Below are positions 55,900-64,000 of a stretch of DNA of 64,000 nucleotides, piece after piece (position 1 is the first letter of the stretch; every line of letters begins with the position of its first letter). The notes under the pieces were generated by a model that was given only the letters and a program-made list of their open reading frames with translations, did not search any database and was not told the DNA's origin. A program made the translations under genes and the position numbers. This DNA comes from a virus. Location: the IMG/VR virus record IMGVR_UViG_3300027851_000016, positions 1 to 64,000 of that record, one strand, 5' to 3'.

Positions 55900-56282
55900 G
55901 CATCAGTCAGAAGCAGAAGTATGCGGTAGACGTAGCCATCGCAGCCAATCCGACGGTTGTCGAGATTGTGCGCACGGAGTACCGAGAGGCTGATGGTGCG
56001 CGTGCGAAGACGGTGACCAGCATCCCGCCGCAGACGTTCCTGCTGTTCCCAGCATCTGCTAGCTCCTCGCGTGTAGGTTCTGGCGACAATGCGTCTCCGA
56101 AGGGTGATGTGTCTGCCTGGGGAGCACTTGCACCGAGTACCGCGAACGTCATGTGGGGTGCATTCGTCACAGATGTGCTCACGGCTGCTGGTCTTGGTTC
56201 ATTCGAGGTCGTCAGTGGAAGACCGCTGATGGTCGGCACAGACATCAACGGGTATCAGCTCGTCCTGAAGAGGGTGGGCTGA
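55896..56282 (+). CDS. head closure protein
   Basis: Position and size; IAANPT...PQTF motif. Confidence 0.55.
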   Translation: MSISQKQKYAVDVAIAANPTVVEIVRTEYREADGARAKTVTSIPPQTFLLFPASASSSRVGSGDNASPKGDVSAWGALAPSTANVMWGAFVTDVLTAAGLGSFEVVSGRPLMVGTDINGYQLVLKRVG

Positions 56283-56629
56283 TGTCTGGTCTGCACGGGA
56301 CACAGCAGGTACTGGCAGCGCTTGAGCGCTGGCACGTCGGGCGCGTCGCCAAGGCTTCGGCTGTGTGTAAGACAGTCATCGAGCCGATGATTGAGAAGAG
56401 GGCCAAGGCGAATGCACCTTGGACGGACAGGACGGGGGATGCGCGGCGGCTGTTGCACGCTGAGACCCTCGTATCCGCATCTGAAGTGGTCGTTCGTCTG
56501 CACCACGGTGTGTACTACGGCCTGTTCCTTGAGGTCAGTCACGCTGGTAGGTTCGCGATTCTCAAGCCGACCCTGGATGACAGTCGTTCGGACATCATGA
56601 ATGCCCTGCGTGTCGGGCTGAGAAGCTAG
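56282..56629 (+). CDS. HK97 gp10-like neck protein
   Basis: AKANAPWTDRTGDARR.L, HGVYYGLFLE, AILKPT. Confidence 0.75.
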   Translation: MSGLHGTQQVLAALERWHVGRVAKASAVCKTVIEPMIEKRAKANAPWTDRTGDARRLLHAETLVSASEVVVRLHHGVYYGLFLEVSHAGRFAILKPTLDDSRSDIMNALRVGLRS

Positions 56630-56639
56630 GTGGTAGCCG

Positions 56640-57023
56640 ATGCGTTCTGCGATTCGACAGCGTCTGCTGAACAGGCTGACCGAGGTTGGGACTCGTGTAT
56701 ACGAGCCACACATGGGTGGGCCGAGTGTCCAGAAGCCCTTCGCTATCGTCAAGATGGGCGGAGAGACCAAGAGTAGCAGCATGAAGTATGGCTACGACCT
56801 GCCCGTCGAGGTCTGGGTGTACACGGACATCACGAGCCATGGCGTAGGTGATGCCCTCGTCAGCGAGGTCGTGAACGCGCTGGGTGGTATCGAGTTGACG
56901 AGCAGTCTGGGACAGAAGTTCACGCTGCGGTATGCTGGTAGCAGTGGTGACTTCGAAGACGAGGACTGGGAAGCGCTTACACGCAGAATCGACTTCACCA
57001 CGGCACGAGTCAGGGAGGGTTAG
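56640..57023 (+). CDS. tail terminator/completion protein
   Basis: MRSAIRQRL, KPFAIV, V.VY, DF.DEDWEALTR; precedes the tail tube gene. Confidence 0.65.
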   Translation: MRSAIRQRLLNRLTEVGTRVYEPHMGGPSVQKPFAIVKMGGETKSSSMKYGYDLPVEVWVYTDITSHGVGDALVSEVVNALGGIELTSSLGQKFTLRYAGSSGDFEDEDWEALTRRIDFTTARVREG

Positions 57024-57026
57024 AGC

Positions 57027-57281
57027 ATGAAGGCTCAGAAGAATCGAATCGTGCGGTACGAGGGTGCTGAGTACCGCTTCAAGGCAGGAAAGACAGTACC
57101 TGACGACTTCCCGAAGGAAGTCATGGCTGTTGCAGCGCGTGAGGGTGTCATAGAGCCGAAGAAGCTGACTCGTGCACCCAAGCAGGGCAAGTCCGTGGAG
57201 GTCGATAAGACCCCTGCGGTGAAGGACAGCAAGACCTCGGACGAGTCCGTGTCCGATGAGACCTCTGGAGAGGAGGAGTAG
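57027..57281 (+). CDS. hypothetical protein
   Basis: GGAGG RBS. Confidence 0.5.
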   Translation: MKAQKNRIVRYEGAEYRFKAGKTVPDDFPKEVMAVAAREGVIEPKKLTRAPKQGKSVEVDKTPAVKDSKTSDESVSDETSGEEE

Positions 57282-57283
57282 TC

Positions 57284-58105
57284 ATGGCAAGTCAGACCAA
57301 GAAGGGCTATCTGCGTGGATGCCGGGGTATCCTCATCACTGAGTTGAACGCAGATGGCAGCATGCCTGCGTCCCCGACCAAGCTGTGGGTGGACACGGCG
57401 CAAGAAGCGTCCATCGAGGCCGAAGTCGTTGAGGGCGAAACCAGTGACCTGCGCGGCGGGGACCACCTGCTCGTCCAGGTGACGGAGAACGATGTCACCG
57501 TGGGTGTGAACGTGGACTTCACCGACGCGAAGTTCGACGCGGCGTTGCTGGAGATGATTCTCGGTGGTTCCCTGGTGCTCGATGGCGCTGAAATCATCGG
57601 GTGGGAGGCTCCGCTGGTCGCTGACCAGACAGCTGCTATCCCGTTCCAGGCCGAACTGTATGTGCAGTCGTTCAACTCCGAGGGTGGTCGGGAAGCGTAC
57701 CTGAAGTACAAGTTCCCGTACTGCGTCGGACGTATGAACGGTATCGAGCACAGCGACCAGGACTGGGGGACACCTGAGTTCTCGCTGAAGGCGCGTGAGA
57801 ATCCGTCCACTGGTGCGGCTTCGTACCGCCGTGAGTTCGTCACGGGTCTGCCGCCGAGCATCACGCTGGTCAAGGCTGGTGGTACGTTCACGCTGGCAAC
57901 GTCGCCCACGGGTATCGTTTCCGCTGGCTCGACTGTCACCGTGCTCATCGACAACCTGGAGAATGGCGGAGCGTTCACGTCCATCGCAGTCGAGGACGCT
58001 GCTGGTACGCCAGTCTCGACCACTACAGTCACGCTTGGCGAAGAGTACACGTTCGTCATGCCCGCGACCGATGCGACCGTCACGGTCACCATCACCGTCA
58101 CGTAG
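57284..58105 (+). CDS. major tail (tube) protein with C-terminal Ig-like domain
   Basis: EGE...LRGGD, Y.KY.FPYC.G, P.F...ARE; C-terminal AG.TVTV...YTFVMPATDATVTVT. Confidence 0.75.
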   Translation: MASQTKKGYLRGCRGILITELNADGSMPASPTKLWVDTAQEASIEAEVVEGETSDLRGGDHLLVQVTENDVTVGVNVDFTDAKFDAALLEMILGGSLVLDGAEIIGWEAPLVADQTAAIPFQAELYVQSFNSEGGREAYLKYKFPYCVGRMNGIEHSDQDWGTPEFSLKARENPSTGAASYRREFVTGLPPSITLVKAGGTFTLATSPTGIVSAGSTVTVLIDNLENGGAFTSIAVEDAAGTPVSTTTVTLGEEYTFVMPATDATVTVTITVT

Positions 58106-58150
58106 CACCAGGCTGGTTCCGTTCGCTGATAGGACATGTGAGGAGTTGCT

Positions 58151-58468
58151 ATGGCTCAGCTGATTCACTGCGACAACTGTGGAGTGACCTTCAGTCTGGA
58201 GGGTGTGCGGCTGGTCGAGGAACGCCTCGTTGCAAATAGGACAGGGACGTACTTTGCCTGCCCCGTGTGTGGCCACAAGTACCCAGTCGGGAGTGTCACC
58301 GACAAGGGTGCCGAGTTGCGGACAAAGCTGCAGGAGACGCGCAGCAGGTTCGGCAAGGCCCGCCCAGGGGCAGGCAAGGTAGCCCTGCAGAAACAGTTCG
58401 ACCGACTGCTGGTCGAGTACCAGCGCGAGGTCACAGGACCGTACACAGAAGGAGAGGTACTGCAATGA
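58151..58468 (+). CDS. Zn-ribbon protein
   Basis: CDNC and YFACPVCGHKY followed by a coiled coil. Confidence 0.6.
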   Translation: MAQLIHCDNCGVTFSLEGVRLVEERLVANRTGTYFACPVCGHKYPVGSVTDKGAELRTKLQETRSRFGKARPGAGKVALQKQFDRLLVEYQREVTGPYTEGEVLQ

Positions 58469-58977
58469 GTGACGAGCACACGCTGACACCTGTCGGCGGT
58501 TACCAGCCTGCTGGCGACCCGCTGCCAGTCAATCCCCCGCAGGGCAAGAAGATGCCCGCTGAGGTAATCAGCGTCGCAGAGCTTCAGGAGAGGGCTGCGG
58601 GTACGCCCATCGAGATTCCCGACTGGTTGCCACACAAGACCATCTGGGTGCGTGTGCGACCCATCGACATGACCCCGCACATGCTCAAGCTGAATGCCCT
58701 GCCCAACACGCTGAAGGCAGCGGCAACTGAGGTGTTCCATGGCGAGGCCAGTGATTCGAAGACCGCTGCGAAGAGGGCACTGGAGGAGACTGGCAGTGAC
58801 AACATCGAGCTGATGCTTCCGATTCTTGATGGCATCGCTGCGGATGTACTGGTGCAGCCCTCGTACACGGAGATTCAGGCGCTGCTCCCACTCACCCTGA
58901 ACCAGAAGATGGCCCTGTTCAAGTTTGCAATGGGGGGACTCGACAGCCTTGAGTCCTTTCGTTCGGGACTCGGATAG
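58465..58977 (+). CDS. tail assembly chaperone (G)
   Basis: Between tube and tape measure; L..PSY.EI...LT..Q..ALF...G...LESFR. Confidence 0.75.
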   Translation: MSDEHTLTPVGGYQPAGDPLPVNPPQGKKMPAEVISVAELQERAAGTPIEIPDWLPHKTIWVRVRPIDMTPHMLKLNALPNTLKAAATEVFHGEASDSKTAAKRALEETGSDNIELMLPILDGIAADVLVQPSYTEIQALLPLTLNQKMALFKFAMGGLDSLESFRSGLG

Positions 58978-59158
58978 GATGACCGAACTGGTCGGGATTG
59001 CCCGCCTGTTCAATGTAAGACCTAGCTCGCTGATACACGGTCTGTCCTCGTGGGAAGCGTACTGCTTCGACACGGCAGCAGCCGTTTATGTGATAGAACT
59101 GGACAAGGGTAGCAAGCCGATAAGGAGCGCGGAAGACGCAAGCACCTGGCTACTCTAG
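58958..59158 (+). CDS. tail assembly chaperone frameshift extension (T)
   Basis: Overlapping +1-frame ORF (RPSSLI...EAYCFD.A) entered at TCC-TTT-CGT 58954-58962. Confidence 0.65.
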   Translation, partial: FVRDSDRMTELVGIARLFNVRPSSLIHGLSSWEAYCFDTAAAVYVIELDKGSKPIRSAEDASTWLL

Positions 59159-59173
59159 GAGAGGAGGCACGGC

Positions 59174-62107
59174 ATGCCGACTGCAGCAGGCTCTCTCGGT
59201 ACGCTGTACGCCGAGCTTCGTCTCATGCTCGATAAGTTCAATGCTGATGTCGCTGAGGCCCGACTCAAGATGCAGGGCTTCAGCGACGATGCTGTAAGTG
59301 ACATCGGGCGCATCAGTCAGGTCGGTGGGTCGCTTCAGAAGGTCGGCACGGCAATGACACTCGGCCTGACGGTACCCATCGTCGCCATCGGTACGGCTGC
59401 GGTGAAGACGGGTATGGAGTTCGACGCGGCCATGTCCCTCGTCCGTGCGGTGTCCGACGTGACTGGTGCGGAGTTCCAGCAACTGCGTGACCTGGCTATC
59501 GAGATGGGCAAGGAGACGAAGTTCTCGGCCCTCGAAGCTGCAGAGGCTATGGGTGAGCTGGGCAAGCTGGGCTTCACCGCGTCAGAACAGATGTCTGCGC
59601 TCCCTGCCACCCTTGCTCTTGCTGCTGCGGGGTCCACAGAACTGAGTGTGGCTGCTGAGATAGTGGCCAAGACCATGAACGCCTTCGGTGAGTCGGCTGA
59701 CCAGACGACACGGTACGCCGATGTGTTCGCCAAGGCTGCGGCCATCGGTGCTCTTGATGTGACCACGATGGGTGAGGCACTGTCCTACGCGGCCCCAGCT
59801 GCGGCTGCGATGGGGTACACGCTCGAAGACACGACTGCCATCCTTGCTGTGTTTGCTGACGCGGGGCAGGACAGCACACGTGCGGGTACCCTGATGGAAG
59901 CGATGATGCGTGACCTGAAGGCATCCGCCATCGAAGCTGGTGGCACACTTGATGTGTTGAGTGCTTCAGGAGAGCTAGTCAAGGTGGCCATGTACGATGC
60001 GGCTGGTGAGACAAGGCCGTTCGTGGACATTCTGGCTGACCTTGAAGTGGCTACTGCGGGCATGTCGGACGCGCAGCGGGACGCGGCACTGTCTCAGATT
60101 GCGAACACGAAGAGTCTCCGTGGTTTGAACATCCTGCTTGGGAAGGGGTCCGAGTACCTGGCGAACTACACGGATGCCATCTATGACAGCGAGGGTGCTG
60201 GCGATGCCATGGCGAAGACCATGATGGACAACCTCGCTGGTGCGGTGGAGGAGTTCAAGGGGTCTGTAGAGACTGCCGCCATCGTACTGTCCGACCAACT
60301 GACTCCGTTCATCCGTGAAGCAACAGAGTGGTTGAAGAAGTTCTTCGACTGGTTCATCGAACTGGACGATGGGACGAAGAAGGCCATCGTGGGAGTCTTG
60401 CTGTTCATTGCTGCTCTCGGTCCGCTGCTTGTCATTGTCGGTACGTTCCTGAAGTCGGTCGCGCCAGTCATCACGCTTGTGAATGGTGTGGGTACGGCCC
60501 TGGCAGCGATAGGGCCGACAATCGGCGCTGTCGTGGCTGCGTTCCAGGCTGGTGGACTCGGCGCGGGTCTCGCTTCGATAAGTGCGGCCCTCGGCCCAAT
60601 CGGGTGGGTGGTCCTGGCGCTGGCGGCTCTTGCAGCTGTGGCTGTGGTCGTCTGGAAGAACTGGGACAAGGTGAAGGCCGCGTTTGAGGTCGTTGCACAG
60701 TGGATGGCACCAGTCATCGCCATGTTCAAGAAGACGGTTGAGACCATGGGTACACAGATGGGACCCGTAGTCGAACAACTGAAGAGTGCGTGGGATGCCC
60801 TGAAGGACGCGGTCGAGCCGCTCATGCCTGTATTCGAGTTCCTGGGCAAGTTCATAGGCGGTGTGCTGGTAGTCGCACTCGGCATCCTCATCGGCGTAGT
60901 GAATGGCGTGCTGAGTGCGCTGGCACCGCTCGCCAAGGTATTCGCTGGTCTGGTAGAGGTGATTGCCAATGTCGTGAAGGGCGTGGTTGGACTCGTCAAG
61001 GGACTGCTCACTGGCGACTGGAGTATGGTCGCTGAGGCGTGGGAGGGCATCAAGACTGGCATCGTCAACATCTTCAGTGGTCTGTGGGAGACTGTGAAGG
61101 CATTGCTCGGTGGGTTCTGGACGGGCATCGTGACGTTCTTCAAGTCGTTGGTCCCCGAACTGACGAACTCGATTGGACTGTTCTTCACGGTGACTGTGCC
61201 GCAGTGGTTTGCTGACATGTGGACTAAGGTGACTACGTGGGTGAGCACGGGTATAGCGAACGTCGTGCTGTTCTTCAGCGAGCTGCCTGCAAAGGTTGGG
61301 GTGTTTCTGCTTGACCTGTTCACCGTCCAGATTCCGTACCTGATTGGGTATGGCATAGGCTGGATGATTCGGACCATCGCTGATGGTATTGTCGCGGTCG
61401 TCACATTCTTCATGGAACTGCCCGCGAAGGTTGCGACATGGCTCACAGTCGCAATCACGAACATCACGACCTGGGCGAAGAATGCACACGATACGCTAGT
61501 GACCTGGGTGGGCAATGCCATTGACGCAGTGGTGACGTTCTTCATGAACCTGCCTGGTCGTGTATGGACCTGGCTGCAGGCAACGATAAGCAAGATTGCT
61601 GCTTGGGTGTCCCAGCTTCCTGGGAAGGCACAGGAGGCGGGCACCAGTCTTGTCGATGGGTTCGTTAACTTCGTGGAGACGCTCCCAGGCAAGATGGTCG
61701 GCATCGGCACTGCGGTTGCAAACAAGATAGCTGAGTGGGGAACCGCCTTGTTCAATAAGGCGAAGTCAGTAGCGTCGAGCATCTGGGAGGGGTTCAAGGA
61801 CGGGCTTGGTATCCACTCGCCGTCGTATATCGAAGAGGCGATGGACCGCATACTCTCGGAGTCTGCGGGGATGCTCGGTGATATGAAGGGCATCTTTGGG
61901 CAGATGGGCGACCTGAGCGTACAGCCGAACATCGGACTTGCTAGCGCAGCATTCGGTCCTGGTGGTTCAAGCAGTGGGGTGTCCAGCAGTTCAGTGGTGG
62001 GTGATACGTTCCACATCGTACTCGATGCGTCGAAGATGCCGAGTGCGGACTTCGAGGGCCTGTTGGCGAGCCTGCAGATGGCAAAGCAGATGGTTGGGAG
62101 TACGTAA
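59174..62107 (+). CDS. tail tape measure protein (TP901 family)
   Basis: LGTLYAEL, FDAAMS.V.AV, ETKFSA.EAA, MMDNL.G, W/F-periodic amphipathic repeats, GIHSPS. Confidence 0.95.
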   Translation: MPTAAGSLGTLYAELRLMLDKFNADVAEARLKMQGFSDDAVSDIGRISQVGGSLQKVGTAMTLGLTVPIVAIGTAAVKTGMEFDAAMSLVRAVSDVTGAEFQQLRDLAIEMGKETKFSALEAAEAMGELGKLGFTASEQMSALPATLALAAAGSTELSVAAEIVAKTMNAFGESADQTTRYADVFAKAAAIGALDVTTMGEALSYAAPAAAAMGYTLEDTTAILAVFADAGQDSTRAGTLMEAMMRDLKASAIEAGGTLDVLSASGELVKVAMYDAAGETRPFVDILADLEVATAGMSDAQRDAALSQIANTKSLRGLNILLGKGSEYLANYTDAIYDSEGAGDAMAKTMMDNLAGAVEEFKGSVETAAIVLSDQLTPFIREATEWLKKFFDWFIELDDGTKKAIVGVLLFIAALGPLLVIVGTFLKSVAPVITLVNGVGTALAAIGPTIGAVVAAFQAGGLGAGLASISAALGPIGWVVLALAALAAVAVVVWKNWDKVKAAFEVVAQWMAPVIAMFKKTVETMGTQMGPVVEQLKSAWDALKDAVEPLMPVFEFLGKFIGGVLVVALGILIGVVNGVLSALAPLAKVFAGLVEVIANVVKGVVGLVKGLLTGDWSMVAEAWEGIKTGIVNIFSGLWETVKALLGGFWTGIVTFFKSLVPELTNSIGLFFTVTVPQWFADMWTKVTTWVSTGIANVVLFFSELPAKVGVFLLDLFTVQIPYLIGYGIGWMIRTIADGIVAVVTFFMELPAKVATWLTVAITNITTWAKNAHDTLVTWVGNAIDAVVTFFMNLPGRVWTWLQATISKIAAWVSQLPGKAQEAGTSLVDGFVNFVETLPGKMVGIGTAVANKIAEWGTALFNKAKSVASSIWEGFKDGLGIHSPSYIEEAMDRILSESAGMLGDMKGIFGQMGDLSVQPNIGLASAAFGPGGSSSGVSSSSVVGDTFHIVLDASKMPSADFEGLLASLQMAKQMVGST

Positions 62108-64000
62108 TGGCTACCTGGGGCGCATGGTCACCGAACTCGACCACGACCAAGCGGATGCGTTTGGGCATGGACTTCTGGTACACGGGGGACCCCGCTGCTG
62201 GCTATGTGACAGTCCACAAGATTCTGTATGCGGAGTGCTACTACCGCATCAGTGACACGTCGAACAGTTCAAGCATCAGCGGGACGGCGGGGTCACACTC
62301 TGGGTCGCTGTCGTACGTGTTTCCTGCCGACTACACGACGATTACCGTTTGGGCCGAGCACACTGAGAATGTAGCGGTAGCCTACGGTAGCACGACGTAC
62401 GTCTCGGCTGCTGCGTCCGTGAGTGGTATCGACTACATCGGCTCGTCGTACACCGTTAGCGTGTCCGTCGGCTTGACGCTCCCTGCACGTCCGTACTCAG
62501 CGCCCACTGCCCCGACTATCGGGACGAACACGCGTAACAGTGACGTGTCGAACACGATTGGGTGGACGAACAACGCGACGACAGCAGCCCCGTACACGAA
62601 CCTGTATGTCGAGCGAAGCACCGATGGCGGGTCATACTCACAGGTAGCCTCGCTTGCTGGGAGTGCGACCTCGTACAACGACACGACGACGACGAGCAAC
62701 CACTCGTACAAGTACCGTGTGCGGGCATCGAACTCGGCTGGGTACAGTTCGTACTCGTCCGAATCTGGGGTCACGTACAACACGCCTGCCGCCCCGACGA
62801 ACTGTGTTGCGACCAAGACAGGGGATACGCAGGTGTCCGTGACCTGCACGGACAACTCGAACACGGAGACTGGGTTCACGTGGGAGCACACGACGAACGG
62901 CGGGGCCTCGTGGAGCAGCACTGGCACGACAGGTGCAGGTGTCACCACGATAGTCCACGACCCCGCACCGAGCGGGACTGTCGCGTACCGCGTCAAGGCC
63001 ACCCGTAGTACGCTTGTGTCTGCATGGTCGGCCACGTCGAACAGTGTGACCACGACACAGGCACCTGCTGCACCGACCGTCGCAGCATGGAGTGCGTATT
63101 CGCACACGGGAACGACGAAGCGGGTCAGCTGGACGCACAACTCGCTCGATGGCTCCAGCCAGACGGCAGCGACCATCGTGTACACGCGGGACGGCGTGGA
63201 GACGACGTATGCCCTGAGCGGCTCGCAGGCGTACTACGACATCCCGATTACTGGCTACGCTGCTGCCAAGGTGATAACCGCGAAGGTGCGTACGAAGGGC
63301 CTGCATGCTGATTATGGTCCGTACTCAGCCGTGCAGTCCACGACACTGGCTGACGAGCCGCAAGCGACGATTACGACTCCAGCAGTCGATGCTACTGTCG
63401 TGACCGACGTGCCGCTGGTGGTGGCATGGACGTACACAGATGCGTTGCCACAGTCGTCGTTCGCACTGGCTCTGTACCGTGACGGTCTGCTCGTCCACAC
63501 GTGGACGGGGACCTCTGGTACTGCGCAGTCGATACCTGTGCAATACCTGACAAATGACTCGTCGTTCAGTGTCAGTCTGATGGTCAGGAATGCTGCTGGA
63601 TTCGAGGCGACCGTGGTGCGGACGTTCTCGACCGACTACGTTGCACCGACCGTACCTGAAGTGTATGCGACGTGGGATGTGGATATGCTTGCAGCGCAGG
63701 TAGTCGGGTACGAGGGTGAGCTGGGTGCACTCCCGATGACAGACCACCTCGCGCTATGGCGGCTGGACACAGCAGATGATGGCACCGTCGAGACAGAGGT
63801 GCTCGCGGACCCGTATACGAATGCGAGCACGTTCATCGACTACGTACCTCGATTGAACCAATCGGTGACGTACCGCTGCGTTGCTTTTGCGGCGAACGGT
63901 GCGTACTCGTATGCAGACGTTGCGGTGACGACTACGGCGAATGGGTACTTCGCAGTGAACTTCGGTGATGGGGATGGAGACCTGCTGCGGTTGAAGTGGA
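62107..64000 (+). CDS. tail protein with fibronectin type III repeats (3'-truncated)
   Basis: TAATG overlap; open reading from MATWGAWS; FN3 motifs W....YVERSTDGG..Y.D...YKYRVRASN..G.S; runs off the window. Confidence 0.8.
   Translation, partial: MATWGAWSPNSTTTKRMRLGMDFWYTGDPAAGYVTVHKILYAECYYRISDTSNSSSISGTAGSHSGSLSYVFPADYTTITVWAEHTENVAVAYGSTTYVSAAASVSGIDYIGSSYTVSVSVGLTLPARPYSAPTAPTIGTNTRNSDVSNTIGWTNNATTAAPYTNLYVERSTDGGSYSQVASLAGSATSYNDTTTTSNHSYKYRVRASNSAGYSSYSSESGVTYNTPAAPTNCVATKTGDTQVSVTCTDNSNTETGFTWEHTTNGGASWSSTGTTGAGVTTIVHDPAPSGTVAYRVKATRSTLVSAWSATSNSVTTTQAPAAPTVAAWSAYSHTGTTKRVSWTHNSLDGSSQTAATIVYTRDGVETTYALSGSQAYYDIPITGYAAAKVITAKVRTKGLHADYGPYSAVQSTTLADEPQATITTPAVDATVVTDVPLVVAWTYTDALPQSSFALALYRDGLLVHTWTGTSGTAQSIPVQYLTNDSSFSVSLMVRNAAGFEATVVRTFSTDYVAPTVPEVYATWDVDMLAAQVVGYEGELGALPMTDHLALWRLDTADDGTVETEVLADPYTNASTFIDYVPRLNQSVTYRCVAFAANGAYSYADVAVTTTANGYFAVNFGDGDGDLLRLKW

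Noticed and set aside
353-62016. Long minus-strand ORFs (e.g. 9885..11456, 29089..30849, 41242..42768, 52816..54366, 60181..62016)
   Set aside because: They are antisense shadows of well-supported plus-strand genes in high-GC DNA, with no motifs or RBS.
1-64000. tRNA/rRNA genes, integrase, lysis genes, stop-codon reassignment
   Set aside because: None recognised. Core genes are intact in the standard code and TAG, TGA and TAA all serve as gene ends.

Overview
This window is entirely phage DNA (about 60-65% GC by eye, every credible gene on the + strand) and appears to join two compositionally different segments. Segment A (1 to ~7.1-8.1 kb) is a temperate-phage-type replication module: SF2 helicase, HNH, primase-helicase followed by an iteron/hairpin origin candidate, RusA, and small paralogous ORFs. 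It contains about 40 GATC sites by eye. Segment B (~8.1-64 kb) is a larger tailed phage in which I found no GATC and very few CCGG. It encodes SSB, PolA, an intein-containing SF2 helicase, RecA with a Zn-ribbon insert, a Cas4-like nuclease, two resolvase-like nucleases and SpoVS, with five related sigma70-type promoters sharing a GTTAT spacer box. Next comes a ~11-kb translationally coupled operon: RarA-C-like protein, flavin UGM-like enzyme, HD hydrolase, two paralogous GT-B glycosyltransferases, SAM methyltransferase, PurD-like ATP-grasp, WbqC, PIG-L deacetylase, ParB-N, GNAT and an S1 protein. The virion module has an intein-containing terminase, T4-like portal/protease/capsid genes with fibre genes inserted among them, and a siphovirus-type tail. 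The best candidate for an undescribed system is the 26.5-37.5 kb operon, which looks like a phage pathway that builds and transfers an aminoacylated/methylated sugar onto DNA or virion proteins. All family calls come from motif recognition by eye; no searches were run.
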